Shown: positions 39,101 to 49,680 of the stretch, piece by piece
Numbering within the stretch: position 1 is the first letter of the stretch
Layout of the letters: the number at the start of each line of letters is the position of its first letter
Assembly (NCBI GenBank): GCA_964345765.1
Contig: CAYFSJ010000001.1
Span: 10,509-74,508, forward strand
Source: an uncultured Erysipelothrix sp.
GTDB lineage: Bacteria > Bacillota_I > Bacilli_A > Erysipelotrichales > Erysipelotrichaceae
Direction of reading: 5' to 3'
DNA length: 64,000 nt
Notes under the pieces: model-generated
Seen by the model: the letters and a program-made list of their open reading frames with translations, nothing else
The model's database searches: none
What the model was told of the DNA's origin: nothing
Position numbers and translations under genes: made by a program

Positions 39101-40052
39101 TTTAGTATTCTTAGTCCAACAAATGATGATGTTTATGATTCCACTCTTAGTTGTTGCTTTAGCAGCAATGTATTCAGAGCGTTCAGGGGTTATTAACATC
39201 GCCATGGAAGGAACCATGATTATTGGTGCCTTTACTGGAACACTCTTTATTAATTTTATGCAAAAATCAGAAGCACTTTCTGGTTATCCATTATTATTTG
39301 TGGCACTGTTAATTTCAGCCTTAAGTGGAATGATTATTTCGGCATTTCATGCTTATGCTTCCATTAATATGTCTGCTGACCAAACTATTTCAGGGACAGC
39401 GCTTAACTTATTTGCGCCAGCATTTGCAATCTTTATGGCACGTTCAATTATTGGTATTCAACAAGTTCAATTCTTCAATGAATTTAGAATTGCGAAAGTA
39501 CCAATCTTAGGAGATATCCCAGTTATTGGACCATTCTTCTTTAGACAAACATACTTTACAACCTTTTTAGGTATAGCGATCTTAATTATTTCTCAAATCG
39601 TTATTTTTAAGACTCGATTTGGATTAAGACTTCGCTCAGCTGGAGAATATCCTCAAGCAACTGATGCCGCAGGTATTAGTGTTAAGAAAATGCGTTATGC
39701 GGGTGTTCTTATTTCTGGTATTTTAGCTGGAATGGGCGGATTGATTTATATCTTACCGATTTCTACTAACTTCAATGCGGATGTTGCAGGGTATGGGTTC
39801 TTGGCTATTGCGGTATTAATCTTTGGTCAATGGAAACCAATCTATATCTTTATGGGATCTGTCTTCTTTGCTTTAATGAAAACAATCTCAGCGGCATATA
39901 GTGGAATTTCATTCCTTGTTGGATTAGGTATCCCACCAGTGGTTTATCAAATCCTACCTTATGTAGCAACCCTGGTTGTCCTTGTCTTAACCTCTAAGAA
40001 GTCAGCAGCACCTGCCTCACTTGGGGAACCATTTGATAAAGGTAAACGTTAA
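39093..40052 (+). CDS. ABC transporter permease (BMP/nucleoside system, second subunit)
   Basis: 319-aa polytopic membrane protein. 8-nt overlap with the preceding permease gene. Confidence 0.85.
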   Translation: MNNLVFLVQQMMMFMIPLLVVALAAMYSERSGVINIAMEGTMIIGAFTGTLFINFMQKSEALSGYPLLFVALLISALSGMIISAFHAYASINMSADQTISGTALNLFAPAFAIFMARSIIGIQQVQFFNEFRIAKVPILGDIPVIGPFFFRQTYFTTFLGIAILIISQIVIFKTRFGLRLRSAGEYPQATDAAGISVKKMRYAGVLISGILAGMGGLIYILPISTNFNADVAGYGFLAIAVLIFGQWKPIYIFMGSVFFALMKTISAAYSGISFLVGLGIPPVVYQILPYVATLVVLVLTSKKSAAPASLGEPFDKGKR

Positions 40053-40065
40053 TCGACATACAAAA

Positions 40066-40088
40066 AGAGAATTCATTCAGAATTCTCT
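40066..40088. terminator. Bidirectional intrinsic terminator
   Basis: Perfect 9-bp stem AGAGAATTC - ATTCA - GAATTCTCT, flanked by an A-run upstream and a T-rich run downstream. Lies between convergent genes. Confidence 0.8.
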
Positions 40089-40103
40089 TTTACTTTGGGT
40101 TAA

Positions 40104-40382
40104 TTATAGGACTTGTTGTTTTTGTCTAGCTCTAAAGTCTTTAAACTCATCAATCGCAACATTTATAACTGGACTTAGTAATGGGGTTGCTGTTCTTAGA
40201 ACTTCAATTAGTGATTTATTACGGTTCGCTTTCTTTTGACGCTTTCCTTGTTTTTCAAGTTCTTTTTGAGCTTTCTTTTGGGCTTTTTGAGCTTTTGCAG
40301 CAGTATCATCAATATTGAAGAATAAGTATCCCGCAACTCCGATAATTCCAATGGCTAATAAATTTTTAGTTGTATTATTCAT
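40104..40382 (-). CDS. Small membrane-anchored Lys-rich protein, function unknown
   Basis: 92 aa. One TM helix (LLAIGIIGVAGYLFF), then AKAQKAQKKAQKELEKQGKRQKK. AAGGAG RBS. The start is 11 nt after the pncB stop, so it is likely co-transcribed. Confidence 0.6.
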   Translation of the reverse strand: MNNTTKNLLAIGIIGVAGYLFFNIDDTAAKAQKAQKKAQKELEKQGKRQKKANRNKSLIEVLRTATPLLSPVINVAIDEFKDFRARQKQQVL

Positions 40383-40392
40383 CTTTTTCTCC

Positions 40393-41850
40393 TTAATCTA
40401 ATGGTATATGTTTTTGATGATTTGATTCAATTAAATTATTCTTTAAATCAAATAGTTTTTGACTTAAGTCAACATAATATTGGTGAGGATAACGAAGACG
40501 TTTGACTTCTTCCCACATGCTATCAAGTTCTTTTTGAGTATACTCAATGGTTTCTTCTAAGCTAGGAACTTCATAGACTAGCTCACCTTGTTTAAAGATT
40601 GGAATATGTAATTCTCTAAGTGTATAATTGGAAATCTTTTGACGTTTCCAAGGGGAGACTGGATCAAAGATGACCAATTCATCTTCAGGAACCACTTCAT
40701 CATGCAAGGCAATGTAATCAGCAATGGCCTTATTCGTTTCTTTATCATAGAAACGATACACTCGTTTATAACCAGGATTGGTTACTTTCTCAACATTATC
40801 AGATATTTTGATTAGTGGTCTAATTGATCCATCATCTTCTTCATCGGCTACAATTTTATAAACGCCTCCAATGACAGGGGAAGTAGATGAAGTAATGAGG
40901 TTTTCACCAACCCCAAAGGCATCAATTTTAGCATCTTGAGCAATTAAGTCATCAATCACATCTTCATTTAGTGAGTTGGATGCCGAGATTTGACAATCAT
41001 GTAAACCTGCATCATCGAGCATCTTACGAGCTTCTTTAGATAAATAAGCTAGGTCACCTGAATCTAAGCGAATTCCTTTTAATCGATGCCCATTTGGAAT
41101 TAGATATTCTTTGGCAACCTTAATGGCATTCGGCACCCCCGATTTTAAGGTGTTATACGTATCGACTAATAAGATACAATTATCCGGCTGGACTTTAGCA
41201 TACGATAAGAATGCTTCATATTCCGTTTCAAAGAGCTGTACATAGGAATGAGCCAAAGTACCTGTGACTGGCACACCATATTTAAATCCTGTTAAGGTAT
41301 TTGAAGTTGCTACACAACCACCAATAACGGCACATCGTGCACCTTCTACAGCCGCATCATACCCTTGAGCGCGTCTTGCCCCAAATTCTAAGATTGCTTT
41401 ACCTTGAGAGGCATGAACAATTCTTGAGGCTTTTGTTGTAATTAAAGTTGAATAGTTCACTGATAATAAGAATAAAGTTTCAACTAACTGACATTCAATA
41501 ATAGGACCTCGAATGGTGAGTAATGGTTCATTCTTAAACATCACTGTTCCATCTGGAACACCATAAATATCCAATTTTAAGTCAACATTTCTTAAATAAT
41601 CAATAAATCCATCATCATCAAAACCTTCATCTCTAAGATACTGAAGTTCTTCTTCAGTAAATTTGAAGTTTTTAATGGCATCAATAATTCTGTTTAATCC
41701 ATTAAAAATAATGTATCCATGTTGATCAGGATGTTTACGGGTAAATAAATCAAAATAAACAATATCGTCTTGTCGATTTTGTTTATAATAGGCGTAAGCC
41801 ATGCTGAACTCATAAAAGTCAGCCATCAAACTTACATGTTCTTTAAGCAT
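40393..41850 (-). CDS. pncB: Nicotinate phosphoribosyltransferase
   Basis: MLKEHVSLMADFYEFSMAYAY..., GTLAHSYVQ, GIRLDSGDL. ATG 41850 after GGAGGAC is preferred to the ORF-track start 41898. Confidence 0.88.
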   Translation of the reverse strand: MLKEHVSLMADFYEFSMAYAYYKQNRQDDIVYFDLFTRKHPDQHGYIIFNGLNRIIDAIKNFKFTEEELQYLRDEGFDDDGFIDYLRNVDLKLDIYGVPDGTVMFKNEPLLTIRGPIIECQLVETLFLLSVNYSTLITTKASRIVHASQGKAILEFGARRAQGYDAAVEGARCAVIGGCVATSNTLTGFKYGVPVTGTLAHSYVQLFETEYEAFLSYAKVQPDNCILLVDTYNTLKSGVPNAIKVAKEYLIPNGHRLKGIRLDSGDLAYLSKEARKMLDDAGLHDCQISASNSLNEDVIDDLIAQDAKIDAFGVGENLITSSTSPVIGGVYKIVADEEDDGSIRPLIKISDNVEKVTNPGYKRVYRFYDKETNKAIADYIALHDEVVPEDELVIFDPVSPWKRQKISNYTLRELHIPIFKQGELVYEVPSLEETIEYTQKELDSMWEEVKRLRYPHQYYVDLSQKLFDLKNNLIESNHQKHIPLD

Positions 41851-41947
41851 AAAAGTCCTCCATGGTTTTATTATATATTCTTTTAGAAGTAATTGCACGA
41901 AGTAAAATCACACTAAACTGTGCTAAAATAGGGGAGCGAGGTATCAA

Positions 41948-43189
41948 ATGAATATTCAACGATTTAATAAAACAATTCAAGGGGTTGCCATTGAGGCATC
42001 CTATTACAAGAACTGTGTCATGTCAGTTCGCTTTTTTCAACCTTTTATTGAAATTGAAAATACTAAATTAGCATTACTAGCTCAACTAATAAGGGATAGA
42101 AACAAAAAGTATCCTTCCAAAGCACTGATGCAGGGCTTTAGAGACAATCTTTATGGCGCTAGTATTTCTACTCGAACCTTTGGTTATGGTCCAACACAGG
42201 TCTTAGAAGTTCGTTTAAGCTGTATCTCTGAGCGATTTGTCGATGAACCCCTGCAAGCTAAACAGCTCCAAGGACTCGCCGACTTAATCTATCAACCACT
42301 GATTAATCAAGAAACCCTAGATGAAGCAAAACGTTCTGTAGCAGATAAAATTAATCGTTCCTTAGAGAACCCAATGAATTTAGCTATCTATAATTCGTTA
42401 TCTATTTTAGGACAGGGATTACCACTGGGACTTAATGCGCAAGGACAAATTGAGGATTTAGAACATATCTCAGTCAAAGACATGATTGAGTTTCATCAAA
42501 AAGTTATCTTGACACTTAAAGCCCAAATGGTTATTGGTGGAAATTTCAGAGAAGGCATCATTAATTCTATTGGAATAGTATTCCAATATCATCGACCTCT
42601 AGATAAACAAACTGAATTTAGCTTATACAATAGTGATACCTATCGACAACAAATTGATCAATTACCTCTTCAACAAGCAACTTTAATTGAAGCGTATCAA
42701 ACCTCAATTTCAATCTTTGACCCACTTTATTATGCTTTACGAATAGGGAATCTGATTTTAGGACAATTACCAACATCTCATCTCTTTCAAGAATTAAGAG
42801 AAAAACATTCACTCTGTTATTCAGTTGGAAGTCGAATCATTGCTTTTGATGGATTAATGTTATTAACTACTTCATTGGATGAATCAAATATTGATAAAGC
42901 ATCCGACTTAATGAGACAACAAGTTAATCGAATGATGATGGGTGATTTCTCACAACAACAAATCGATTCAGCCAAGAAAATGTTAATTTCGACCTTTGAT
43001 TCAATCTTTGATGATGAATATGCCATGATTAACTTCGTCTTTGATAGTGAGTATAGAGGCTTATCATTTGATGTCGATAAACATAAACAAGCTTACCAAG
43101 AAGTTACTAAAGAAATGATTCAACAATCCTTTAGTCAATTGTTCTTAGTTCTACAATATCAGTTAAAAGGAATAGAATATGGAAAGTAA
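41948..43189 (+). CDS. M16-family peptidase-like protein lacking the HxxEH zinc motif (probable non-catalytic partner)
   Basis: Size and fold-level resemblance to the following gene. No HxxEH in the N-terminal region. 11-nt overlap with the next gene. Confidence 0.65.
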   Translation: MNIQRFNKTIQGVAIEASYYKNCVMSVRFFQPFIEIENTKLALLAQLIRDRNKKYPSKALMQGFRDNLYGASISTRTFGYGPTQVLEVRLSCISERFVDEPLQAKQLQGLADLIYQPLINQETLDEAKRSVADKINRSLENPMNLAIYNSLSILGQGLPLGLNAQGQIEDLEHISVKDMIEFHQKVILTLKAQMVIGGNFREGIINSIGIVFQYHRPLDKQTEFSLYNSDTYRQQIDQLPLQQATLIEAYQTSISIFDPLYYALRIGNLILGQLPTSHLFQELREKHSLCYSVGSRIIAFDGLMLLTTSLDESNIDKASDLMRQQVNRMMMGDFSQQQIDSAKKMLISTFDSIFDDEYAMINFVFDSEYRGLSFDVDKHKQAYQEVTKEMIQQSFSQLFLVLQYQLKGIEYGK

Positions 43190-44441
43190 TTACAGTAAAC
43201 GATTTGATGAAATGATCAACAAAGTAACCTTAGAAAACGGATTAACACTTATCATGGTTCATAAACCTCATTTTAGAAATCATGTCGCGTTATTAGGGAC
43301 TAATTTTGGAGCGAAACATCTTCGACAAATAGTGGATAAAAAAGAAGTAACCTACCATAGTGGTGTAGCACATTTTTTAGAACACAAACTCTTTGAAAAA
43401 CCAGAAGAAGATATCTTATCAACCTTTACCAATATGGGTGCTAGTGCTAACGCATTTACCTCTTATAATGAGACTGTCTACTTTTTCTCTACTACCCAAG
43501 AGCTTGAAAAACCTCTACATACATTAATTAATTTTGTTTTAGATTTAGATATTAGTGAAAGTGGCGTTGAAAAAGAGAAGGGGATTATAATTGAAGAACT
43601 AAAAATGTATCAAGAGATGCCATTTTTTAGACTTTCAATGGAAGCGTATCAATCCATGTTTCATCATCATCCACTAAAATATGATATTGCTGGGACAAAA
43701 GAGGATGTACTAGCGATTACTAAAGAAGAATTAGAATTGGCTTATAATACCAATTATCATCCTTCTCAACTTGTCTTATCAATTGTTTCTCCAATGGAAC
43801 CTTCCAAAATACTTGAAATCATCAATCAAAATGAACGTTTAAAACAAGTTAGTACACCAGTTGTGGTTGAGAACCCTTTAATTAATGAACCAAAGGAAGT
43901 TGCTAGAGACTACTTTGAAATTGATATGAAAGTTAATGCCTCTAAGCATGTTTTTGCCTATAAACAAAACTTAAACTTTGAATCGAATTTGGATATGCTT
44001 AAATCGAATATTATGGCACAAATTATCTTGGATTTAAACTTCTCTAAGCTCAATCCTGATTATCAAGAGTGGCTCAACCAAGGTTTAATTAACGATCTAT
44101 TTGTGTACCAAAGTGATTTTGGATTGGATTATGGTTATATTGAATTCATCGCAGAAACAAATAAAGAAGAAATGCTTAATCAATTAATTCTAGATAAAAT
44201 GAATCATTTAGAAATAAGAGAAGATAGATTGATTCAATTAAAGAAGCGATACCTTGGTGAGGCGATTGCTGACTTTTCAGATTTTGAAAGTTTTGCCATC
44301 AATAACTTTAGAGCTCATTGGTTAGAAACTGATCCATTTGAAATGATTGACCTTTTAGAATCAATCACTATTGATGAATTAAATGAGTTTATATCACGCT
44401 TAACTACCAATTACTCCACTTCAGTGACAATTTTAACCTAA
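43179..44441 (+). CDS. M16-family zinc peptidase (catalytic subunit)
   Basis: Inverted zinc motif HFLEH in GVAHFLEHKLFE, with a downstream Glu-rich EELK region. Confidence 0.82.
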   Translation: MESNYSKRFDEMINKVTLENGLTLIMVHKPHFRNHVALLGTNFGAKHLRQIVDKKEVTYHSGVAHFLEHKLFEKPEEDILSTFTNMGASANAFTSYNETVYFFSTTQELEKPLHTLINFVLDLDISESGVEKEKGIIIEELKMYQEMPFFRLSMEAYQSMFHHHPLKYDIAGTKEDVLAITKEELELAYNTNYHPSQLVLSIVSPMEPSKILEIINQNERLKQVSTPVVVENPLINEPKEVARDYFEIDMKVNASKHVFAYKQNLNFESNLDMLKSNIMAQIILDLNFSKLNPDYQEWLNQGLINDLFVYQSDFGLDYGYIEFIAETNKEEMLNQLILDKMNHLEIREDRLIQLKKRYLGEAIADFSDFESFAINNFRAHWLETDPFEMIDLLESITIDELNEFISRLTTNYSTSVTILT

Positions 44442-44505
44442 AATATTAGGAAAGCGTTTTTTTCCTGTATAACATACTTAGCAGCTATGCAGGAAAGGGG
44501 AAAGA

Positions 44506-44817
44506 ATGAACGCTTGTTTCTTAATTGGTAAGCTTGTGGAAAAGCCTGAAATCAAAACAACAGCCTCTGGTTTAAAGATGGCTCAACTTCTTGTCGATGT
44601 TGAGAAGAACTTCAGAAACCAAAATGGTGAGTTAGAGATTGAACGCTATGCCTGTACAATCTGGAGAGCGGTGGCCGAAACAGTCATTGATACCTGTCAA
44701 GAAGGTGACATTATTGCGGTTCGTGGACGACTACAAGCCAACAATTACACTACAAAAGATCAAATTGAACGTTACAACTGTGAGATCATTGCAGAGAATG
44801 TATCAATTGTTCGCTAA
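44506..44817 (+). CDS. ssb: Single-stranded DNA-binding protein, short form without an acidic C-terminal tail
   Basis: OB-fold pattern MNACFLIGKLVEKPEIKTTASG...CTIWRAVAE...GDIIAVRGRLQANNY. 103 aa, ending ...NVSIVR. Confidence 0.75.
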   Translation: MNACFLIGKLVEKPEIKTTASGLKMAQLLVDVEKNFRNQNGELEIERYACTIWRAVAETVIDTCQEGDIIAVRGRLQANNYTTKDQIERYNCEIIAENVSIVR

Positions 44818-44843
44818 ATGAAGGGATGCTCTCCCTTCATTTT
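44817..44843 (+). terminator. Intrinsic terminator after ssb
   Basis: Perfect 10-bp stem AATGAAGGGA - TGCTC - TCCCTTCATT, followed by TTGTTGTTT. Confidence 0.75.
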
Positions 44844-44875
44844 GTTGTTTATGCTATAATTTTGATGGTGATAAT

Positions 44876-45745
44876 ATGAAAGAATATCTAGATTTATGTC
44901 AAAAAGTTTTAGATTTTGGTGAACAAAAATCCGATCGAACCGGAACTGGAACAATCTCTTATTTTGGCCATCAAATGCGTTTTAATCTACAAGAAGGTTT
45001 CCCAATGATGACTACTAAAAGACTCTATTACAGAGCGGTCTTCCATGAGTTGCTTTGGTTTATTTCTGGCTCCACTAATATTACATATTTAGTAAGAAAT
45101 AATGTCAGAATATGGAATGAATGGGCTTATGAACGTTTTGTTAAGAGTGATGATTATCAAAATGAAACAATCGAAGAATACATCGAAAAAATTAAAGTCG
45201 ATGATGAATTTGCTAGAAAGCACGGGGAACTTGGTCCTGTTTATGGTAAACAGTGGCGTGATTTTAATGGTGTTGATCAGCTTCAAAATGTGATTGACCT
45301 AATTAAACACAATCCAGATTCTAGACGCATTATATTAAGCGCTTGGAATCCTGGTGAAATTGATCAGATGGCACTTCCACCTTGTCATTTATTGATGCAG
45401 TTTTATGTCTCAAAAGATAAGAAGCTAAGTTGTCAATTATATCAACGCTCTGGTGATATCTTTTTAGGTGTTCCGTTTAATATCGCAAGTTATTCATTAC
45501 TAGTTCATTTAATTGCGGATATCTGTGAATTAGAAGTAGGGGACTTTGTCCATACAATTGGCGATGCTCATATTTATAATAATCATATAGAACAAGTTAA
45601 GACACAATTAACTAGAGAACCGTATCCATTATGTAAGATTAAAATATTAAATCACCATGATTCAATCGATGACTATCAATTTGAAGATATTCAAATAGAA
45701 GATTATCAATATCATCCAACAATTAAAGCGGAGATTTCTGTCTAA
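44876..45745 (+). CDS. thyA: Thymidylate synthase (ThyA)
   Basis: [16 protein letters not shown], and the catalytic-Cys region [12 protein letters not shown]. Confidence 0.96.
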   Translation: MKEYLDLCQKVLDFGEQKSDRTGTGTISYFGHQMRFNLQEGFPMMTTKRLYYRAVFHELLWFISGSTNITYLVRNNVRIWNEWAYERFVKSDDYQNETIEEYIEKIKVDDEFARKHGELGPVYGKQWRDFNGVDQLQNVIDLIKHNPDSRRIILSAWNPGEIDQMALPPCHLLMQFYVSKDKKLSCQLYQRSGDIFLGVPFNIASYSLLVHLIADICELEVGDFVHTIGDAHIYNNHIEQVKTQLTREPYPLCKIKILNHHDSIDDYQFEDIQIEDYQYHPTIKAEISV

Positions 45746-46215
45746 TGTTAATTATTGTAGCTGCCATTGGAAAACAAGGACAATTAGGACTTAATAAAGT
45801 CATGGCATGGCATAATCCTGAAGATCTTCATTTCTATAAAAACTTAACGATGCACCAAAAAGTTGTTTTTGGTCGTGTGACCTATGAGAATTTACCAACC
45901 ACACTCCCAAATCGAGAAGTTTATTTAGTTTCTAGAAACCCAATTGAAAATCACAAGGTACATCATATTTCTGACTTTAAAGCTTTTTGTCAAAAGCATC
46001 AAGAAAGTGATGAAGTATACTATATTTGTGGAGGCGAAACGATTTATCAGCAGGCACTCCCTTATGCCAATGAATTTTTTCTTTCAATGATTGATTATAA
46101 TGGTCCAGCCGATACTTATTTTCCTGAATTCACCCTTCATGAATTTGATGTTGAAATTATAAATTTTGAGACTTTTGATTTATATCACTGTAAGCGAAAG
46201 GCTAACCATCGCTAA
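45745..46215 (+). CDS. folA: Dihydrofolate reductase
   Basis: LIIVAAIGKQGQLG...MAWHNPEDLHFYKNLT...VFGRVTYE, with GGETIYQQ. The start overlaps the thyA stop (TAATG). Confidence 0.88.
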   Translation: MLIIVAAIGKQGQLGLNKVMAWHNPEDLHFYKNLTMHQKVVFGRVTYENLPTTLPNREVYLVSRNPIENHKVHHISDFKAFCQKHQESDEVYYICGGETIYQQALPYANEFFLSMIDYNGPADTYFPEFTLHEFDVEIINFETFDLYHCKRKANHR

Positions 46216-46937
46216 TGTCATTTGTAGTTAATATAGAAGAGTTTGAAGGTCCATTAGATCTAATGTTATATCTTATACGAGAGAATAAATTAGATCTTTT
46301 CGATTTGGATCTTGTGACTTTAACAAACCAGTACATTTCCTTTATTCACCAAGCACAGGATCAACAATTAATAGTAGCCAGTGAGTATCTAAGTGAAATG
46401 GCCTCATTGATTGAACTAAAATCTAGACGCTTATTACCAAGACCTACAACAATGAATGAAGACCAAGAAGAATTAAATGATCCAAGATCACTAGTCTCAA
46501 GACTCTTAGAATATCAGCGTTTTAAAGATGCATCCTTAGATTTATCAAAACGATTTATTGAGCGTCAACAACAAGTCAATCTGTTTAATACCTCTTCAGT
46601 CTTCCTACAAGAAAATCAACAAGAAGTAGTTTATCAACATGATATCTATGATTTGATTAAAGCTATGAACCGAGTCATCGCCAGACAACAAGCAACTCAA
46701 ATGGCACAAGTTACTTATACCAAAACAGAGTATTCAATTGATGATCGAATTGAGGCAATCCGTTATCAATTAAGAACTAAGAAAGATAAATTCAATTTAT
46801 CAGACTTGTTTGACCAAGAAGATGATTTAGAATTTAAGATAGTGACCTTTCTTGCTGTCTTAGATATGATTTTAATGAAAGAACTAATTTACAGTATAAA
46901 CAAAAGCACAGATGAGATTGCTTTAAAAGGAGTTTAG
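46215..46937 (+). CDS. scpA: Segregation and condensation protein A
   Basis: FEGPLDLMLYLIRENKLDLFDLDLVTLTNQY, typical of the ScpA N-terminus. Confidence 0.88.
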   Translation: MSFVVNIEEFEGPLDLMLYLIRENKLDLFDLDLVTLTNQYISFIHQAQDQQLIVASEYLSEMASLIELKSRRLLPRPTTMNEDQEELNDPRSLVSRLLEYQRFKDASLDLSKRFIERQQQVNLFNTSSVFLQENQQEVVYQHDIYDLIKAMNRVIARQQATQMAQVTYTKTEYSIDDRIEAIRYQLRTKKDKFNLSDLFDQEDDLEFKIVTFLAVLDMILMKELIYSINKSTDEIALKGV

Positions 46938-47471
46938 ATGCAAAATTTACAACAACAGGTCGAAGGGTTAATTTATATTTCAGCAGACGATGGAATTACT
47001 TTTGAACAGCTCCTTTCAATTACTCAAGCCAATGAAGAAGATTTACAAAATGCATTAAATAAGTTAATGAGTAAACATAATGATTCTGATTCTGCCTTAG
47101 AATTAGTTGATTATGGTCAGAAATATCATTTTATTACCAAACCTGAATTATTCGAGTTAATTGCCAAGTACTTAAACCTTAGCAAAATGAAACAATTGTC
47201 TCAATCTGCTTTAGAAACTCTTGCTATTATTGCCTATAAACAACCAATTACTCGAATTGAAATAGAAGAAATTCGTGGTATTGGAAGTGAGATTACACTA
47301 AGAAAGCTAATGGCTGCCGATTTAATTAAAGAGATGGGTCGATTAGAAAGTCCTGGGCGACCTATTTTATATGGTGTTTCAGAATCCTTCTTAGATACTT
47401 TCCAAATGGTTTCTTTAGAAGAATTACCTGAAATAAAAGTTGAAGAAGAAAATCAACAGGAGTTATTTTAA
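46938..47471 (+). CDS. scpB: Segregation and condensation protein B
   Basis: EGLIYIS...ALETLAIIAYKQPITRIEIEEIRGI...GRPILYG. Confidence 0.88.
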   Translation: MQNLQQQVEGLIYISADDGITFEQLLSITQANEEDLQNALNKLMSKHNDSDSALELVDYGQKYHFITKPELFELIAKYLNLSKMKQLSQSALETLAIIAYKQPITRIEIEEIRGIGSEITLRKLMAADLIKEMGRLESPGRPILYGVSESFLDTFQMVSLEELPEIKVEEENQQELF

Positions 47472-48199
47472 TGAAACAACGTTTACAAAAAGTAATTGCT
47501 CAAGCAGGGATTGCATCTCGAAGAAAAGCAGAAGACATGATTTTAAATAATCAAGTTAAAGTCAATGGAAAAATCGTGAATCAACTAGGAACACAAGTGG
47601 ATGAAAACGACACGATACTGGTTAATAACAAACCCATCAAATTTGAAACAAAAGTAGTTTATATGATCAATAAACCAACAGGAATCTTAAGCTCAAGCAG
47701 TGATGATCGTGAGCGTAAAGTTGTCGTAGATCTTATCAAAGACCAAAGAAGACTCTATCCTGTTGGTCGATTAGACTATAACTCTACGGGTCTTTTATTA
47801 GTGACCAATGATGGTTCATTTTCTCAACAAATTATTCATCCATCATCAGAAGTTTCAAAAGAGTATCATGTTAAGATCCGTGGGACTTTGACCAAACGTG
47901 ATATTGAGCTATGTGAAAAAGGACTTAAAACTAAAGAAGAACAGTATCAACCTGTTAGGATTAATAATGTCAGAATTGATTCGGATAAGAAAATTACTCA
48001 TTTTGATATAACCTTATATGAAGGTAAAAACAGACAAATCCGTAAGATGATGGAATACTTGCATCATGATGTTTTAAAACTACACCGTTTTAGATTAGGG
48101 CCCCTGCAACTGGGTAATTTAGCCTCAGGGTCTTATCGACTACTAAATGAAGAAGAAATACAGCGATTACTCGCTTCAGCAAACAGAAAGAGAAAGTAA
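47471..48199 (+). CDS. rluB: 23S rRNA pseudouridine synthase RluB
   Basis: S4 domain (RLQKVIAQAGIASRRKAEDMI) plus catalytic GRLDYNSTGLLLVTNDG. Follows scpB, as in the Bacillus scpA-scpB-rluB order. Confidence 0.88.
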   Translation: MKQRLQKVIAQAGIASRRKAEDMILNNQVKVNGKIVNQLGTQVDENDTILVNNKPIKFETKVVYMINKPTGILSSSSDDRERKVVVDLIKDQRRLYPVGRLDYNSTGLLLVTNDGSFSQQIIHPSSEVSKEYHVKIRGTLTKRDIELCEKGLKTKEEQYQPVRINNVRIDSDKKITHFDITLYEGKNRQIRKMMEYLHHDVLKLHRFRLGPLQLGNLASGSYRLLNEEEIQRLLASANRKRK

Positions 48200-49680
48200 T
48201 GATTAGTGTTAATGACTTATTTCAAACAGATATTTATCCAGAGATTATCTTAGAAGATGTAATGGATGATTCACGCCATCACGTCAAAAATAGTATCTTC
48301 TTTTCTTTGCAAGGCTTAACCCATGATGGGCACTCCTTTATTAATCAAGCTATTTCAAATGGTGCGATTGTCATCGTTCATACCCGTGAACTCAAAAATA
48401 AGAAAGAGGGAATTCTTTATATCCACGATCCTAAATTAAATGATAACTATGCTGGATTAGTTAATCGTTTCTATGATGATCCTAGTTCAAAATTAAAACT
48501 TATTGGGGTTACTGGAACCAATGGAAAAACGACTACCGCAATCTTAGTCAATCATATTTTGGAACCAGAAATTAAAGCAGGTTATATGGGTACATTAGGT
48601 GTCTTCTATGATGATTTAGTCTCAGATTCTGCTTTAACAACCAATACCTTAGTGGGTAACTTAAAACATCTCAATGATATGGTGGAAGCGGGTGTTAAAA
48701 TCTGTGCCATGGAAACCTCTTCACAAGGCATCGATATGGGGAGGATAGAAGGACTACAGTTTGAAAGTAGTATCTTTACAAATCTGACCCAAGATCATCT
48801 TGATTATCATTTAAACATGGAATCTTATTATCAGGCTAAGAAAAAACTATTTAAACAAATTGATTATACAAAAAAAGTCGTTATAAACATTGATGATCTA
48901 TATGGAGCGCGATTGGCCAAGGAAATAGTGAACCCGGTAGTATCGATTTCAAGTCAAGATCCATCGGCAGATGTCTTTATTTCTGATATTGAAGTAGATA
49001 TGGATCATAGTCGCTTTAGCTTAACTATTGACGATAATGTTTATAACTATGAGACAAATTTATTAGGGCGTTACAACATCTTTAACTTAGTTCAAGCCAT
49101 GGTAGTCTGTCATATTCATGGCATCGACTACATCGATATGATTGAAAAAGTGAAGAATATACCTGATATTGGTGGACGCATGCAAGTGGTTAATTCAGAA
49201 TTTGGTTTCAAAGTCATTATTGACTTTGCTCATTCACCTGATTCGATGGAGAAAATACTTGAATTCACTAAATCAACCTTGGATATTAAAGGACGAATTA
49301 TTTCTATTTTTGGATCAGCAGGAAAGCGTGATAAATCAAAACGAAAAATAATGGGAGAAGTGGCAGACAAATACAGTGACTTAATCTATTTAACAGAAGA
49401 TGATCCACGTGATGAAAAGGTGTCAGATATTTGTATGGAGATTGCTTCGGGAATCTTTAGTAACCCATATATCATTGTTGAATCACGGATTATGGCTATC
49501 CATTTAGCCATTCAATCGGCAACCAAAGATGACATAATTGTGATAATGGGTAAAGGGAATGAGAACACGATGGCCATAGGTTATCAAGTAATTGCTCATC
49601 CTACCGATTATGAAATAGTTAATGAAGCTTTAGAAGAGCTAAGAAAGGATACATATGAACAAAACGAATCAATACATTGA
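48199..49680 (+). CDS. murE: UDP-N-acetylmuramoyl-L-alanyl-D-glutamate--diamino acid ligase MurE
   Basis: DSRHHVKNSIFFSLQGLTHDGHSFI and GVTGTNGKTTT. The C-terminal EDDPRDE keeps the Arg of the DNPR motif associated with meso-DAP specificity; that specificity is an inference. Confidence 0.85.
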   Translation: MISVNDLFQTDIYPEIILEDVMDDSRHHVKNSIFFSLQGLTHDGHSFINQAISNGAIVIVHTRELKNKKEGILYIHDPKLNDNYAGLVNRFYDDPSSKLKLIGVTGTNGKTTTAILVNHILEPEIKAGYMGTLGVFYDDLVSDSALTTNTLVGNLKHLNDMVEAGVKICAMETSSQGIDMGRIEGLQFESSIFTNLTQDHLDYHLNMESYYQAKKKLFKQIDYTKKVVINIDDLYGARLAKEIVNPVVSISSQDPSADVFISDIEVDMDHSRFSLTIDDNVYNYETNLLGRYNIFNLVQAMVVCHIHGIDYIDMIEKVKNIPDIGGRMQVVNSEFGFKVIIDFAHSPDSMEKILEFTKSTLDIKGRIISIFGSAGKRDKSKRKIMGEVADKYSDLIYLTEDDPRDEKVSDICMEIASGIFSNPYIIVESRIMAIHLAIQSATKDDIIVIMGKGNENTMAIGYQVIAHPTDYEIVNEALEELRKDTYEQNESIH

